A stretch of DNA of 64,000 bases. It comes from Methanobacteriota archaeon (GTDB lineage Archaea; Thermoplasmatota; Thermoplasmata; SG8-5; DAIRED01). The DNA is taken from assembly GCA_043799545.1 (NCBI GenBank), contig JAZDNO010000006.1, forward strand, positions 1 to 64,000, in the 5' to 3' direction. Under the pieces are notes generated by a model. That model was not told where the DNA came from. It saw nothing but the letters and a program-made list of their open reading frames with translations, and did not search any database. The translations under genes and the position numbers were made by a program. Shown here piece after piece: positions 37,866-48,196 of this stretch (position 1 is the first letter of the stretch; each line of letters begins with the position of its first letter).

Positions 37866-39248
37866 TCACTTCGTCGATTTTGTCACGTTCACTTTCTCAA
37901 TCACCATGTCTGGCACGAACGTGGGCATCCCGCCCATGTCCATCTCCCACCAGAAGACCTGCTTCTGCACCTTGCCCAGCGCGCTCACGCCCTTGAGCAT
38001 CCGCTCCATGTTGTCGCTGATGCGCACCCCCTTGACCGAGCCGACTATCTCCCCTTTCTTGACCAGCAGTATCGCGTCGCGGGGAATTGTCGAGTAGTCG
38101 CCTGTGGCGTAGTTCTGGAAGCGGGAGTACCAGACGTTCGTGACCACGATTCCATCGCGCATCCCCTCCAGCAATTCGTCCCTGCTCATGTCTCCGGGGG
38201 GCACGACCACATTTCTCGGGCGCGGGCCTATGAGGCCAGCGTTTGCCGTGTTTGTTGCCTCGTATTTCTTCGCCGTCGAGGTGTTGTGAAGGTAGGTCAT
38301 CAGCTTTCCGTTCTTGATTATCTCGGTCCTCCTCGTCGGTACGCCCTCGTCGTCTGCGCAGCCGCTAGCCAGCCCGTCCGGCAATGTGCCGTCATCGATG
38401 ATTGTGATTGCCTTGCTTCCGACCGTTTTTCCAATCTTGTCTTTAAGGAAGGACATCCCCGCGTCGACCGCGGAGGCCGATGCGAATTGCGCAGTCATCA
38501 TAGGCATATCGGCCCCGGACATGTGAGTGAAGAGCACGCTCATCTTGCCGTCGGGTCCGGGCTTGGGCGCACTTGCCAGCTTACAGAACGCGGCCGCCTC
38601 CTTGCCCGCGCCGACCGGGTCGAGGGCGCGCATCGAGGTAGCGCAGCTCACGGCGTGGCCGGAACCTCCCCCCTTTCCGAAGGCCCTTATTGAGAAATTT
38701 AGAGAAGCCCCCTCCTCTTCGAACGACGGCCCTCGGGACGACGCCATGGTATCTGTCGTGTGGTAGCGATGCAGCACGCCAGCGCAGCGGTCCGCGCCGT
38801 TGGATTCTGCCGCCTCTATTCCCCTCCAAGCCATGTCGACCAGCGCATCCTCAGAGTCTATTATCTTTTTGTCGAGCGGTAGCTTCCTGTATTTGTATTT
38901 GCCTTCCGCTACCCCAAAATAGTCTTTGTTCTCCGGAGTCTTGGCGGAACTTTTCTTCAATTCCGCAAGCACCGCATCGATGCGCGAGACATCGTTGAGG
39001 CTCGACGTGACCACGCGCTTCCCGAAGGCCAGGAAGACATCCATGCTCATCTCCGACCAGGCCTGCGAGACCACGACCTCGCTGTTGGCGAACTTAATCT
39101 GGCTCTTGTCAAGGCGGTCGAGGGACACCACAGCATCGGTTGCGCCGATGCGCAGCGCTTTGGCAACAGTCCCGTCGACCAGTTCGCGGTCATCGACCTC
39201 GCTGCGAGACTTCTTCGTGCTTGCTATCAAACGCTTCCTGTTCTGCAT
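37866..39248 (-). CDS. pmbA: PmbA/TldE family protein
   Basis: IDDG, DDEGVPT, NTSTA..Y...TANAG; lacks the TldD HExxxH. Confidence 0.85.
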   Translation of the reverse strand: MQNRKRLIASTKKSRSEVDDRELVDGTVAKALRIGATDAVVSLDRLDKSQIKFANSEVVVSQAWSEMSMDVFLAFGKRVVTSSLNDVSRIDAVLAELKKSSAKTPENKDYFGVAEGKYKYRKLPLDKKIIDSEDALVDMAWRGIEAAESNGADRCAGVLHRYHTTDTMASSRGPSFEEEGASLNFSIRAFGKGGGSGHAVSCATSMRALDPVGAGKEAAAFCKLASAPKPGPDGKMSVLFTHMSGADMPMMTAQFASASAVDAGMSFLKDKIGKTVGSKAITIIDDGTLPDGLASGCADDEGVPTRRTEIIKNGKLMTYLHNTSTAKKYEATNTANAGLIGPRPRNVVVPPGDMSRDELLEGMRDGIVVTNVWYSRFQNYATGDYSTIPRDAILLVKKGEIVGSVKGVRISDNMERMLKGVSALGKVQKQVFWWEMDMGGMPTFVPDMVIEKVNVTKSTK

Positions 39249-40679
39249 CTAAGCACCCCCCAGGCGCAGGCCGCGGAGGCGCATGTGCGGGCCGCCCATG
39301 CCGACGGGCACACCCTGACCAGGCTCTCCTTTTCCGCACGTTCCGACCGAGAGGAAGAAGTCGCTGCCAACGGCGTCGACAGCCGACCAGAAATCAGGGG
39401 TCGTGACCTCGATGCGCGGGTCTTTGACGGGGCCCTTGAGCTCTCCCTTCTCGATGAGGAACGCCTCCCGGCCGACGTACTTCTGGTTGTAGCGCGTGTC
39501 GTCGATGTTCCACTCGTTGAACGAATTGACGTAGACGCCGAGCTTGACGTCCTCGATGAGCTCTTCGAACTTGTGGTCTCCTGGCTTGACGAAAGTGTTG
39601 GCCATCCTGACCAGCGGCTCGCGGTTGAATCCGTCCGCCCTCGCCGAGCCGTTGCTGCTGCGTAAACCGGCTCTCGCGGCAGTCTCCCTGTTGTGCAGGA
39701 ACTCGTTGATGATGCCGTTTTTCATCAGAGTTCGAGGCCTGGCCTTGACCCCCTCGTCGTCGTAAAGGTAATGGCCGTAGCTGCCGGGGAGCGTCGGGTC
39801 CTCAATCACCGTAGCGGCCTTGCTCCCTATGCGCTTTCCGAGCATGTCCAGCTTTACAAATGACTCCCCGGCTTGGGCAGCCTCGCGCCCCATTATCCTG
39901 TCAGCCTCGTACGGATGTCCGCAGCTCTCGTGCGTCGCTATTCCCGTGACCTCCGGGCCAACGACAATGTCAATCTTCCCCTTCGGCGGCGCCTTGCCCT
40001 TGGTGAGGTTCGCATTGAGAATCCTGCACTCCCTCTCCATCCTCCCTGGACCGTCGAGCGCCAACATCGCTTCCCAGCCACCCGTGCCGCCCATCCAGAG
40101 CATCGCCTGCGCGTTTTTTCCTTTTGCGTTTACTGTCGCAGTCGCGGACATGTAAACTATTGGCGTTGTCGTGCGTATCCTGGCTCCGTCGGAGTTCACG
40201 AAAAGCTTCTCCGACTTCGTAAGCTGCATGTAGAGGTTGCGCCCCGGGACCTTCACTCCCTCGGGCACGGACTTGTCCACTTCGTTCAAAAGCGCGAGCT
40301 TCTCCTCTCGCGATACGCTGGAAAGTTTTCGCTTCTCCTTCACCGCCACCGTGGCGACGTGCGCCTTCTCGCTGCAGAGCCTGATTTTGCGCTTTGCGCG
40401 CTTGGCCGCTGCTCCAGCGAGGCGCACGCAGCGCTCGGCCTGGGCGTCCGCCGCCTCGGGCGTAAGCCTGTCCAGCGAGGCGAAGGCTAGGGCTCCGCCG
40501 ACGAGGGCGCGCATCCCTATGCCCGTGGCGCGCGACTCGTTGGCCGCGTCGAGATTGCCCTTCCTCATAACGTAGTACTCGTAGCTGACGTCCTCTATCC
40601 TCGCCTCGGCGTAACTGGCGCCCAGCGCCCCGAGCTTCTTCACAACCCTCTCCGCCAAATCATCGTCCATTTCCTTCAC
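39249..40679 (-). CDS. tldD: TldD metalloprotease
   Basis: HESCGHPYEAD, YDDEGV, RMANT, CGKGEPGQ. Confidence 0.9.
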   Translation of the reverse strand: MKEMDDDLAERVVKKLGALGASYAEARIEDVSYEYYVMRKGNLDAANESRATGIGMRALVGGALAFASLDRLTPEAADAQAERCVRLAGAAAKRAKRKIRLCSEKAHVATVAVKEKRKLSSVSREEKLALLNEVDKSVPEGVKVPGRNLYMQLTKSEKLFVNSDGARIRTTTPIVYMSATATVNAKGKNAQAMLWMGGTGGWEAMLALDGPGRMERECRILNANLTKGKAPPKGKIDIVVGPEVTGIATHESCGHPYEADRIMGREAAQAGESFVKLDMLGKRIGSKAATVIEDPTLPGSYGHYLYDDEGVKARPRTLMKNGIINEFLHNRETAARAGLRSSNGSARADGFNREPLVRMANTFVKPGDHKFEELIEDVKLGVYVNSFNEWNIDDTRYNQKYVGREAFLIEKGELKGPVKDPRIEVTTPDFWSAVDAVGSDFFLSVGTCGKGEPGQGVPVGMGGPHMRLRGLRLGGA

Positions 40680-41920
40680 CCCTTGAAGTCCATCAATGCA
40701 GTCTGACCTTTAAGGCTTTTTCGCACGGGCTTCTCGTCGGGCGGGGCTCCGCTGAGCGAGATGGTTCCGTACTGCCCCCCTCCTCCAGGAATCAGCCTGA
40801 CCTTTCCCTCCCTGAACAGCCTCACGGCGCTCGCGACTTCCGGGCTTGCGATATTCTCTATCGGATCGTCGACGAGGACCGCGACCTCGCTTCCGGCCTT
40901 GGATACGAGCTTGGCCCAGAGGTCTCCGACGATTTTCGCGTTTGCGTTGGGGGCGCCGATGGCTTTCGCAATTATCTCGGAGAGCGGGATGATGTGCAGG
41001 TACTGCGGCCTGTGCTCCGGGTGCTTCGGCTCTGGGAGATCCGCTAGCTCCTCGATGCGGTCCCGGACGCCCTTCTTTACGACACCCCCGCAAACGCAAC
41101 GCCATTTCAAAGCCATGGCCTGGCGCAAATCGTAATGCTTGAAGCAGGCGATGCAGGCGCTCTCGTTGTACTTTCCCTCCTCCGGCGGAAACCCGACGTT
41201 CAAAACGAATTTTCGCCCCCCTTCCCGCAAAATGGCCTTTCTCAGTTCCGCGAAGGTCACGCCCCTGACATCGAGCCTGTTGAACTCCCTGGCGATTCTG
41301 CTAGGGTAGGGGGAATGAGCGTCCGAGTTGGTGAGGAATGTGAGGCGGTGAAGCTCTGAAATCCGGTCGGCATAGTCAGTGTCCGCGCTCAACCCCAGCT
41401 CCGCGAAACTCGCCTTCGGGGCGAGGTCTCCGTAGCATCCCGCCAGCTTCGCATGGTGACCATACATGCCGGTCCAAGGAGTGAACGCGTGCGACGGGCC
41501 GAAGAGCGCGCCGCAATCGACCGCGGCCTGCGCAATCTCCCCTCCGCCCATATGGACTTTCGGGCGCCCGTCCGAATCGAGCGGCGAATGCCTGCCTTTC
41601 AATCCTTCGATGAAGCCCTCAACCGAAGCAACGTCCGGGAAGATGATGATGTGGTGGACTCGATGGTTGTCTTCGACCTCGGTCTGCAGAACGAACGAGA
41701 CCTTCCCCAGGTCGAAGACGCCGTCGCGCTCCTTCGTCCCTTCCCGAATCTCGGCCAGCCATTTGGGGTGCAGGCAATCGCCAGTCGCTAGCAGGCGGAT
41801 GCCCTTCTTCGGCGATTCCTCCGCAAGCGTCCGGACGGTCATGGCGCTGCTGGTTCCCATGGCGAACCTGCTGTGGATGTGGAGGTCTGCGTCGACGAGC
41901 ACGCTCCCGCATCGACTCAT
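40676..41920 (-). CDS. PHP-domain endonuclease Q-like protein (TIGR00375 type)
   Basis: DLHIHSRF, HAFTPW, ELGLSAD, NSDAHS, GKY...CIAC...CVCGG..KKGV, PGGGGQYG. Confidence 0.85.
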   Translation of the reverse strand: MSRCGSVLVDADLHIHSRFAMGTSSAMTVRTLAEESPKKGIRLLATGDCLHPKWLAEIREGTKERDGVFDLGKVSFVLQTEVEDNHRVHHIIIFPDVASVEGFIEGLKGRHSPLDSDGRPKVHMGGGEIAQAAVDCGALFGPSHAFTPWTGMYGHHAKLAGCYGDLAPKASFAELGLSADTDYADRISELHRLTFLTNSDAHSPYPSRIAREFNRLDVRGVTFAELRKAILREGGRKFVLNVGFPPEEGKYNESACIACFKHYDLRQAMALKWRCVCGGVVKKGVRDRIEELADLPEPKHPEHRPQYLHIIPLSEIIAKAIGAPNANAKIVGDLWAKLVSKAGSEVAVLVDDPIENIASPEVASAVRLFREGKVRLIPGGGGQYGTISLSGAPPDEKPVRKSLKGQTALMDFKG

Positions 41921-41949
41921 TCGGTTAAATGGTTGCGGGACGCGGGAAC

Positions 41950-43722
41950 CTACGGTTTTTCAGTTTGGCACAAAAGCATCGCAAGAAGTGCCGCGTAAAT
42001 CCCAAAGGCGGAGATGCCCAGCGCGGGCAACCACAATCCCACCTTCTCGTCCTCTACGACGAGGTCCATGTTCAATTCTCCTGGCCCGCCAGCGTCGGCG
42101 GTCGCCGGATGGGCGCCCACCGTTGATGCCGTTATCGTTCCGTTGACAAAATGGGTGGGGCAAAGAATCTTGACTTCGAAGCGCCCTGCTTCGCCGGTGG
42201 TGCCGTTCGCACGCCCTCCATCCCCCCATCTGACCTCGACGAATGCTCCATCGATTGGAACGCCTTCTTTGTCCGTCACAGTCCCGTTGACGTGGAGCCA
42301 GGCCTCGATGACGAGTTCCTCCGCGGGCTCGGCGATGGCCGCCAGGTTCCCGTCTTTTCCATAGATGTAAGCTGAGACGGGATACGTTCCGAAGGGAAGT
42401 CCTGTGAAACTCGCGGAGGCGTGGCCGGATGCGATGGTGCGCTCCTCGCTATCCATCGGCAGGCCATCGATAAGGAACACGGCAACCCCCTCAGCATCGG
42501 TGTCGACGGATAATGTCGCGGCATCCATCGCGCCATCGCCATCAGTATCCTCCCGTTGGATGGAGAGGTCCGCACGATAATGCGGCGCCGGGGCATACGT
42601 TCCATAGGTGTCGAGGAACTCGGCCCACCCGGTGTCGGCGGCGAGGGCCAGCGCCCGATATGACGGAGTTGCGCCATTCAGCGGAAACCACACTGAAAGA
42701 CCGTTCGCATGCTCCGCCGACTCGTCGCCGAGGCGCGTCCACGCGTCGCTGTAGACGATGGAGCCGTAAACGGCCTGCTCAAGGTCCCCCGTGAGTCCTG
42801 CTAGCATCCTGCTTCCGCCCTTGGAGGCGATGTTTTGCGCTAAGTGCGCCAAGTCGTATTCCGCGTCGCCATCGTATCTTTCCGTTGTACCGCGCGCGCT
42901 TGTTATGTTGTTGCGCAGGAGGCTGGTCGACCGTCGCAGTTCGTGTGCGAAGCTCGAAAAAGATTGCGCGACGGAACCCATCATTTTGAGGTCGATGACC
43001 GAGACTGTTGTCGAGTATGCGCTGTGGTTTCGGGCCCAGGACATGTAGGTCTGCGCAAGAAGAGTGCCCGCCAGGGACGCGACGCCGGCGAACTGAATAC
43101 TCGAGAGCCAATAGCCATAATGCCATCCCTCTGCAGGCACGTCCTTCTCCGACGCAACCAGCACATCGGCGCTGTTCCGGAGCTGGTACGCGACTTCGAC
43201 CATCCCCATTTGGCAGGCGTCGATTGATAGCAAATCGGGCTCGTGGCCGGCGAGCGCGCACTCTATTTCAGGCATCGTGAGCCAGCTCCCGCGGTCCATG
43301 CAGACGCCGGGCCAGCCGGCGCCGTGTCCCCAGAGGTCGAGCGCGTGCATGCACTCCGGCTGCTGCGAATCCGCCCAGGACACGAAATCGCGTAGCGTTT
43401 CGGGTGCGCCCATGTCGAGCTCCGGGCCCCATGACGCATTGATGGCCGCGAGCCCCAAATCGAGCCACGAATCTCCGCCGAACTCCAGCAACCTGGAGTC
43501 TCCGACCCCGTCCTGGTCCACCAAGGCAAAGACATCGACGCTCCCCTGAGAGACGAAGGATGTAATCTCGTCCAAATCCTGCTGCACGTTGTCGGACAGG
43601 GTGTTGTCGGCCGAAACGTAAATCGCAACGACCCAGTCGTAGCGCGCGGCCTGCGCCCCGGCAGGCAAACACCCAAGGCTCGTAAACAGCAACGCTAGCC
43701 CAAGAATTGCAGCGGCCTTCAT
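41950..43722 (-). CDS. Clostripain-family (C11) cysteine peptidase, signal peptide and C-terminal TM anchor
   Basis: YVSADNTL, WGHGAGW (His), DACQMG..EVAY (Cys), C-terminal hydrophobic helix. Confidence 0.88.
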   Translation of the reverse strand: MKAAAILGLALLFTSLGCLPAGAQAARYDWVVAIYVSADNTLSDNVQQDLDEITSFVSQGSVDVFALVDQDGVGDSRLLEFGGDSWLDLGLAAINASWGPELDMGAPETLRDFVSWADSQQPECMHALDLWGHGAGWPGVCMDRGSWLTMPEIECALAGHEPDLLSIDACQMGMVEVAYQLRNSADVLVASEKDVPAEGWHYGYWLSSIQFAGVASLAGTLLAQTYMSWARNHSAYSTTVSVIDLKMMGSVAQSFSSFAHELRRSTSLLRNNITSARGTTERYDGDAEYDLAHLAQNIASKGGSRMLAGLTGDLEQAVYGSIVYSDAWTRLGDESAEHANGLSVWFPLNGATPSYRALALAADTGWAEFLDTYGTYAPAPHYRADLSIQREDTDGDGAMDAATLSVDTDAEGVAVFLIDGLPMDSEERTIASGHASASFTGLPFGTYPVSAYIYGKDGNLAAIAEPAEELVIEAWLHVNGTVTDKEGVPIDGAFVEVRWGDGGRANGTTGEAGRFEVKILCPTHFVNGTITASTVGAHPATADAGGPGELNMDLVVEDEKVGLWLPALGISAFGIYAALLAMLLCQTEKP

Positions 43723-43765
43723 TGTTGCCGATTAGGCCCACCCGGCGTAATAAACTTTTGCCGTT

Positions 43766-45529
43766 TCACTGGCCCAACAGCTCCCAGAGCAGTCTCTCCT
43801 GGTCGTCGTTGAGGGCAAGCAGCACCTTCTCGAGCCTCTCCCTGCGCTCCTTCGGGACGCGGCCAACGGCCAGGTACTTATCTATCTTCTGACCCAGCTT
43901 CTCCAGCTGCTGCTTGCTGCGCACCGCGGTGGGCATTACGCGCTTAAGCTCCCCTCGCTCGGCCAGCGCCCTGAACTCGTCCCGCAGGCGGAACTTCTGC
44001 ACCTTCCCGCGTCCGCTCAGGGGCAACGCCATCCCTATCGTAACATACCGTGGAACCTTGGCGCTGGCCACGTTGCCGTAAAGGTGGTCGACGACATCCT
44101 CCGGCGTCAGCGACGCCCCAGGCAACGGTATCACTGCCGCCCCGACGACCTCTCCCAAATCTTTGTCGGGAACGCCGAAAACGGCGACCTCCTGGATGAG
44201 AGGATGCTTCATCAGCTCCTCCTCGATTTCAGTCGGATAGACGTTGAATCCGCCGACAATGACCATGTCCTTCTTCCGCCCGACTATGGCGTAGTATCCG
44301 TCCTTGTCCAGCACGGCGAGGTCGCCGCTGTGGAGCCAGCCCTCAGGGTCGATCGCCAAATCCGTCGCCTCGCGAGCCTTGTAGTAGCCCTTCATCACGT
44401 TGTATCCGCGGCAGCACAATTCGCCCACTGTGCCCTGCGGGACCGGATGGTTCTCATCGTCCACGATCCGAACCTCGACCTCTGGCAGCTCCTTTCCGAC
44501 TGTCTCGACCCTCTTCTCCACCGGGTCCTCGAACCTTGTCATCGTGATGAGTGGGGAGGCCTCTGTCAGCCCGTAGCCGATGCACACGTTGCAGTGCAGG
44601 CTCTCCATCACGTCGCGCATAGTCTCGACCGGGCACGGCGCCCCCGCCATGATTCCGGTCCTCAATGTCGAAACGTCATACTTCTGCCTGTCCAGCACCT
44701 CCAATTCGCGTATGAACATCGTCGGCACGCCGTGCAGGATGGTGCACTTCTCTTTCTCGATCAGGTCAAGCACATCCTCGGCGTTGAACGCTTTGACGGG
44801 GACCATCGTGGCGCCGTATGCGGCGCACAGCGTGAGGCTGAGCACGTTGCCGAAGCAGTGCGAGAACGGGACGGGGATGAGCATCCTGTCGCGCTGGCTG
44901 GTCTCTATCACGCGACCGACGTCGGTGGCGTTGCGGACGACGTTGTTGTGGGTGAGCATCGCCCCCTTCGGCTTGCCCGTCGTTCCCGAGGTGTACAAAA
45001 TGAAAGCAACGTCGTCCGGGTCTATGGAGCGCATGAGGTTGAAAAAATTCGGCGTGGTCCGCCATTCGATGCCGGACTGCTGGATATCCTCGAATCTCAG
45101 CGTGTCCGCGCCCGGCTCGCCCGAAACGACGACGTGCTTGAGGATGGGGAGCCTCGTTTTGATAGTGGCGACCATCTCGACATAGTCCGCGCCTTGGTAC
45201 TTGTCGGCGACTAAGACCGCGACTGACTCAGAATGTCCGAGAATGTACTCGGCCTCGGAAGGCTTGTACCAAGTGTCCATGGGTATTATGACCGCGCCGA
45301 GCTTAGAGAGAGCGAACCAGGAGACAATCCACTCTGCGGAGTTGGGCATCCAGAGCCCGACCTTGTCGTCCTTTGCGATTCCGAGCTTCATCAGGCCGAC
45401 GGCGAGCTTGTTGGACTCCTCGTTGAGCTGGGCCCAGGTTATCCTTCGGTCTCCGAAAATTATCGACTCCTTGTCTGGGAAGACGAGAGCGCACCTGTCG
45501 AGGAGCGCGCCCACTGTCAGTTTGTCCAT
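43766..45529 (-). CDS. Acyl-CoA synthetase (AMP-binding)
   Basis: YTSGTTGKPKG, YGLTEASP, WLHSGD, GRKKD, SGRGKVQK. Confidence 0.93.
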   Translation of the reverse strand: MDKLTVGALLDRCALVFPDKESIIFGDRRITWAQLNEESNKLAVGLMKLGIAKDDKVGLWMPNSAEWIVSWFALSKLGAVIIPMDTWYKPSEAEYILGHSESVAVLVADKYQGADYVEMVATIKTRLPILKHVVVSGEPGADTLRFEDIQQSGIEWRTTPNFFNLMRSIDPDDVAFILYTSGTTGKPKGAMLTHNNVVRNATDVGRVIETSQRDRMLIPVPFSHCFGNVLSLTLCAAYGATMVPVKAFNAEDVLDLIEKEKCTILHGVPTMFIRELEVLDRQKYDVSTLRTGIMAGAPCPVETMRDVMESLHCNVCIGYGLTEASPLITMTRFEDPVEKRVETVGKELPEVEVRIVDDENHPVPQGTVGELCCRGYNVMKGYYKAREATDLAIDPEGWLHSGDLAVLDKDGYYAIVGRKKDMVIVGGFNVYPTEIEEELMKHPLIQEVAVFGVPDKDLGEVVGAAVIPLPGASLTPEDVVDHLYGNVASAKVPRYVTIGMALPLSGRGKVQKFRLRDEFRALAERGELKRVMPTAVRSKQQLEKLGQKIDKYLAVGRVPKERRERLEKVLLALNDDQERLLWELLGQ

Positions 45530-45602
45530 GAATATCGCTCCGAGGCGCCGTAAAGCGGGGATTGGAATAAGCTTTTTCCCTGGTTGGCCTCCTGGTTTCG
45601 CA

Positions 45603-46781
45603 TCACCTGCCCAGATGCTCCAACATCCTCTCGGCAACCTTGCGGGCGCCGTCGTGCCGCACCGCAAGCTCCTGAAGCCGCTTGGCGCTCTTCTCGTAGT
45701 CTTCGGCACGGCTCACCATATCATCCAGCGCCTCACGCAAAGTGTCCCGGTCGACCGAGGCCTGATCGACGACGCGGGCCGAACCATGGTCTGCCATCGC
45801 CCTGGCGTTTCCCTCCTGCTCCGACTGCGTCGGTGTGGGAATCAGGACGCAGGCCTTTCCAAACCTGGCAATCTCGGAAAGGGTTGTGAGCCCGGGCCGC
45901 GATACGACTACGGAGCACGCCTTCAGAAGTTCGAACCTGCTGTCCGTCCAGCCGCGCACGTTCACTCGGCTTCCCAGCCATTCGGATGAGGCGTCTGAGG
46001 GATCGCCCTTGACTATCAGCGATTTGCGATCGAACTCGGGCAGTACGCTTTTCAAGGCGTCGATGATGGGGGCGCGCGTCCGGCCAGGCCCGCTCACGGC
46101 CGCGTAGACGAACAGCCCGCCGTCGAAGCCGTTGCGCCTGCAAATCTCGCCCCTCTCAGGAAAATCCTCGGGCTTGGCTCGATAGATAGGGCCTACGAAC
46201 GTCAACCGTTTCATCAAGCGCTCCGGAACAGCGGCGTTGTCCCTCGAAATAGTGTCTGGGGGCGGGAAGTCCGGGAAGAATATCGCCTCAGCCCTCCGCA
46301 GCCAGTGGTGATTCGCCCGCGTGATTCTGTTGCTCGCCCAACGCATCAGATATCGTTCCTCCCATCGTGGCATCAGGAACCTTATCTGGTTTGACAGGAA
46401 GAAATGTGGGGCGTCGTAGTGCCCGGTCGCGAAGACGGTCGAGTACCTGGTGTCGACGAGGATGGCATCCGGCTTCACGTGCGAGAGCCTCTTCCGCTCC
46501 TGCTCCATGTGGATGCCGAACTTTCGGATGTAGAGTCCCATCTTGGCCACGGAGCTGGTGACGGCAATCGAGCCGTCCTGGTACTCGTCCCACATTAGCA
46601 CCGGCGAATCGTAGGCCTCGTATCCGGCGGCGGTGATGTATTTGTAAGCTGGCCCATAGGTCGAGAAGATGCACTCCACCCCGTTGTCCCGAAGGATGTC
46701 CGCCACTGCGACGACCCGCCCGATGTGGCCCAGCCCTATCCCGCAGGCGGAGATATAGACTTTTTTCTTCGCGCTCGACAT
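45603..46781 (-). CDS. GT-B glycosyltransferase (MurG/GT28-like)
   Basis: CGIGLGH, SRPG.TTLSE, PTPTQSEQ.GNA. Confidence 0.85.
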   Translation of the reverse strand: MSSAKKKVYISACGIGLGHIGRVVAVADILRDNGVECIFSTYGPAYKYITAAGYEAYDSPVLMWDEYQDGSIAVTSSVAKMGLYIRKFGIHMEQERKRLSHVKPDAILVDTRYSTVFATGHYDAPHFFLSNQIRFLMPRWEERYLMRWASNRITRANHHWLRRAEAIFFPDFPPPDTISRDNAAVPERLMKRLTFVGPIYRAKPEDFPERGEICRRNGFDGGLFVYAAVSGPGRTRAPIIDALKSVLPEFDRKSLIVKGDPSDASSEWLGSRVNVRGWTDSRFELLKACSVVVSRPGLTTLSEIARFGKACVLIPTPTQSEQEGNARAMADHGSARVVDQASVDRDTLREALDDMVSRAEDYEKSAKRLQELAVRHDGARKVAERMLEHLGR

Positions 46782-46851
46782 GCGGAGGTGGATGAATGGA
46801 TGGCATATAAAATACGTTAGTTTTATGAACGACGAGGCCATCCACGCGCCA

Positions 46852-48042
46852 ATGGCGAAAAAGTCGAGCGCGCTAAGCCGACTCCCCCTCCAGTTCTGGA
46901 AGCCGATGCGAAGGCATCCCACGCTGATGCTCGGAATGATGCGCGGGGCATACAAAAAGTACGTCACTGCCAACAGAGCCCACGGTCGGGCGGACGGGAC
47001 GAGCGACGCCCTCTGGCTGATAAGCATGAGGATAACCGCGCGCTGCAACCACCGCTGCGCCATATGCGGCCAGCAGGGGGAGAAGGGATACAACAGGCTC
47101 GAGAACGTCCAAAAACCGACCGACGAAGTCCCTGTCGAAACGTACATGCGGATGGTGGACGAGGTAAAGCACCTCAAGCCGCACATCTACATAACGGGCG
47201 GCGAGCCGTTCCTCTATAAAGATTTGATTCCCCTGGTCAGATACATGAAGCAGAACGGCCTTTCTGTTCAAGTAGTCACGAATGGCGTGGGGCTGGAGAA
47301 GAACGCCGAGGCGATTGTGGACGACGAATGGGACATGCTATGCGTTTCGTTGGACGGACCGAGGGAAGTGCACGACAAGTGCCGCGGGCTGGTCGGCGCC
47401 TACGATACGATGCAGAGGGGAATGCGAAAGATACAGAAGATAAAGAAAGAGAAGAAAAAGAAATACCCGACGTTCTACACCCTATCGACCCTTTCGCAGG
47501 CGAACCAGGCGAACCTGATGGACACGCTCCGCGAGGCCGAGGACCTTGAGCCAGACGTGATCGGCGTCTATTACTCTTGGTTCACCAGCGAAGAGGTCGG
47601 GTGCAGGCATTCTGAAATCATCAAGAAGGAGCTCGGCGTCGAGCCTTTCGCCTGGAAGAGCTACGCCAGGGACATGTCCGGCATGGACCCGGAAATCATT
47701 GCAGAAACGGTGAGCAGGGTAAAGAAAACGAAATTCAGGGCTCCCGTAGTCTTTATCCCTCAGATACAGCCGGACGAGATCGAGGAGTACTACCACCACC
47801 CGGAGAGCTTCCTGGGCTGGAAGAAATGCCTGGCTCCGTGGTTCCAGATCGACATCATGCCGAACGGCGACGTGGTGAACTGCCGCGATTTTCCCGACAT
47901 TCACATGGGGAATATGCAGAAGACGCCGTTGCTGGACATCTACAACGGCGAGATGTTCAGGAGGTACAGGAAGGCGCTCGCCAAGCAGCCGGACGGGGTG
48001 TTCCCGCTGTGCTCTAGGTGCTGCGGGCTGATGGGGTACTGA
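46852..48042 (+). CDS. Radical SAM/SPASM protein, function unknown (alternative start 46825)
   Basis: CNHRCAIC, ITGGEP, CLAPW..IDIMPNGDVVNC, CSRCC; TTTTAT at 46821 suits a leaderless ATG 46852. Confidence 0.88.
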   Translation: MAKKSSALSRLPLQFWKPMRRHPTLMLGMMRGAYKKYVTANRAHGRADGTSDALWLISMRITARCNHRCAICGQQGEKGYNRLENVQKPTDEVPVETYMRMVDEVKHLKPHIYITGGEPFLYKDLIPLVRYMKQNGLSVQVVTNGVGLEKNAEAIVDDEWDMLCVSLDGPREVHDKCRGLVGAYDTMQRGMRKIQKIKKEKKKKYPTFYTLSTLSQANQANLMDTLREAEDLEPDVIGVYYSWFTSEEVGCRHSEIIKKELGVEPFAWKSYARDMSGMDPEIIAETVSRVKKTKFRAPVVFIPQIQPDEIEEYYHHPESFLGWKKCLAPWFQIDIMPNGDVVNCRDFPDIHMGNMQKTPLLDIYNGEMFRRYRKALAKQPDGVFPLCSRCCGLMGY

Positions 48043-48196
48043 GAGTTTTCCTGGCGCATGTTTTGCTGAAGTTGAAACTATACTTTCAAGTTTCGCGCGA
48101 AAGTTGAAAATATGATGTTGACTTTCCCATAATTATTAGATGGAGCGGACGAAACAATTATTACATGGAACTTGTTTCTTCACGTTGGTGTAGGTT

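Noticed and set aside
44084-45214. 376-aa plus-strand ORF
   Set aside because: Antisense shadow of the acyl-CoA ligase; no motifs; expected in high-GC DNA
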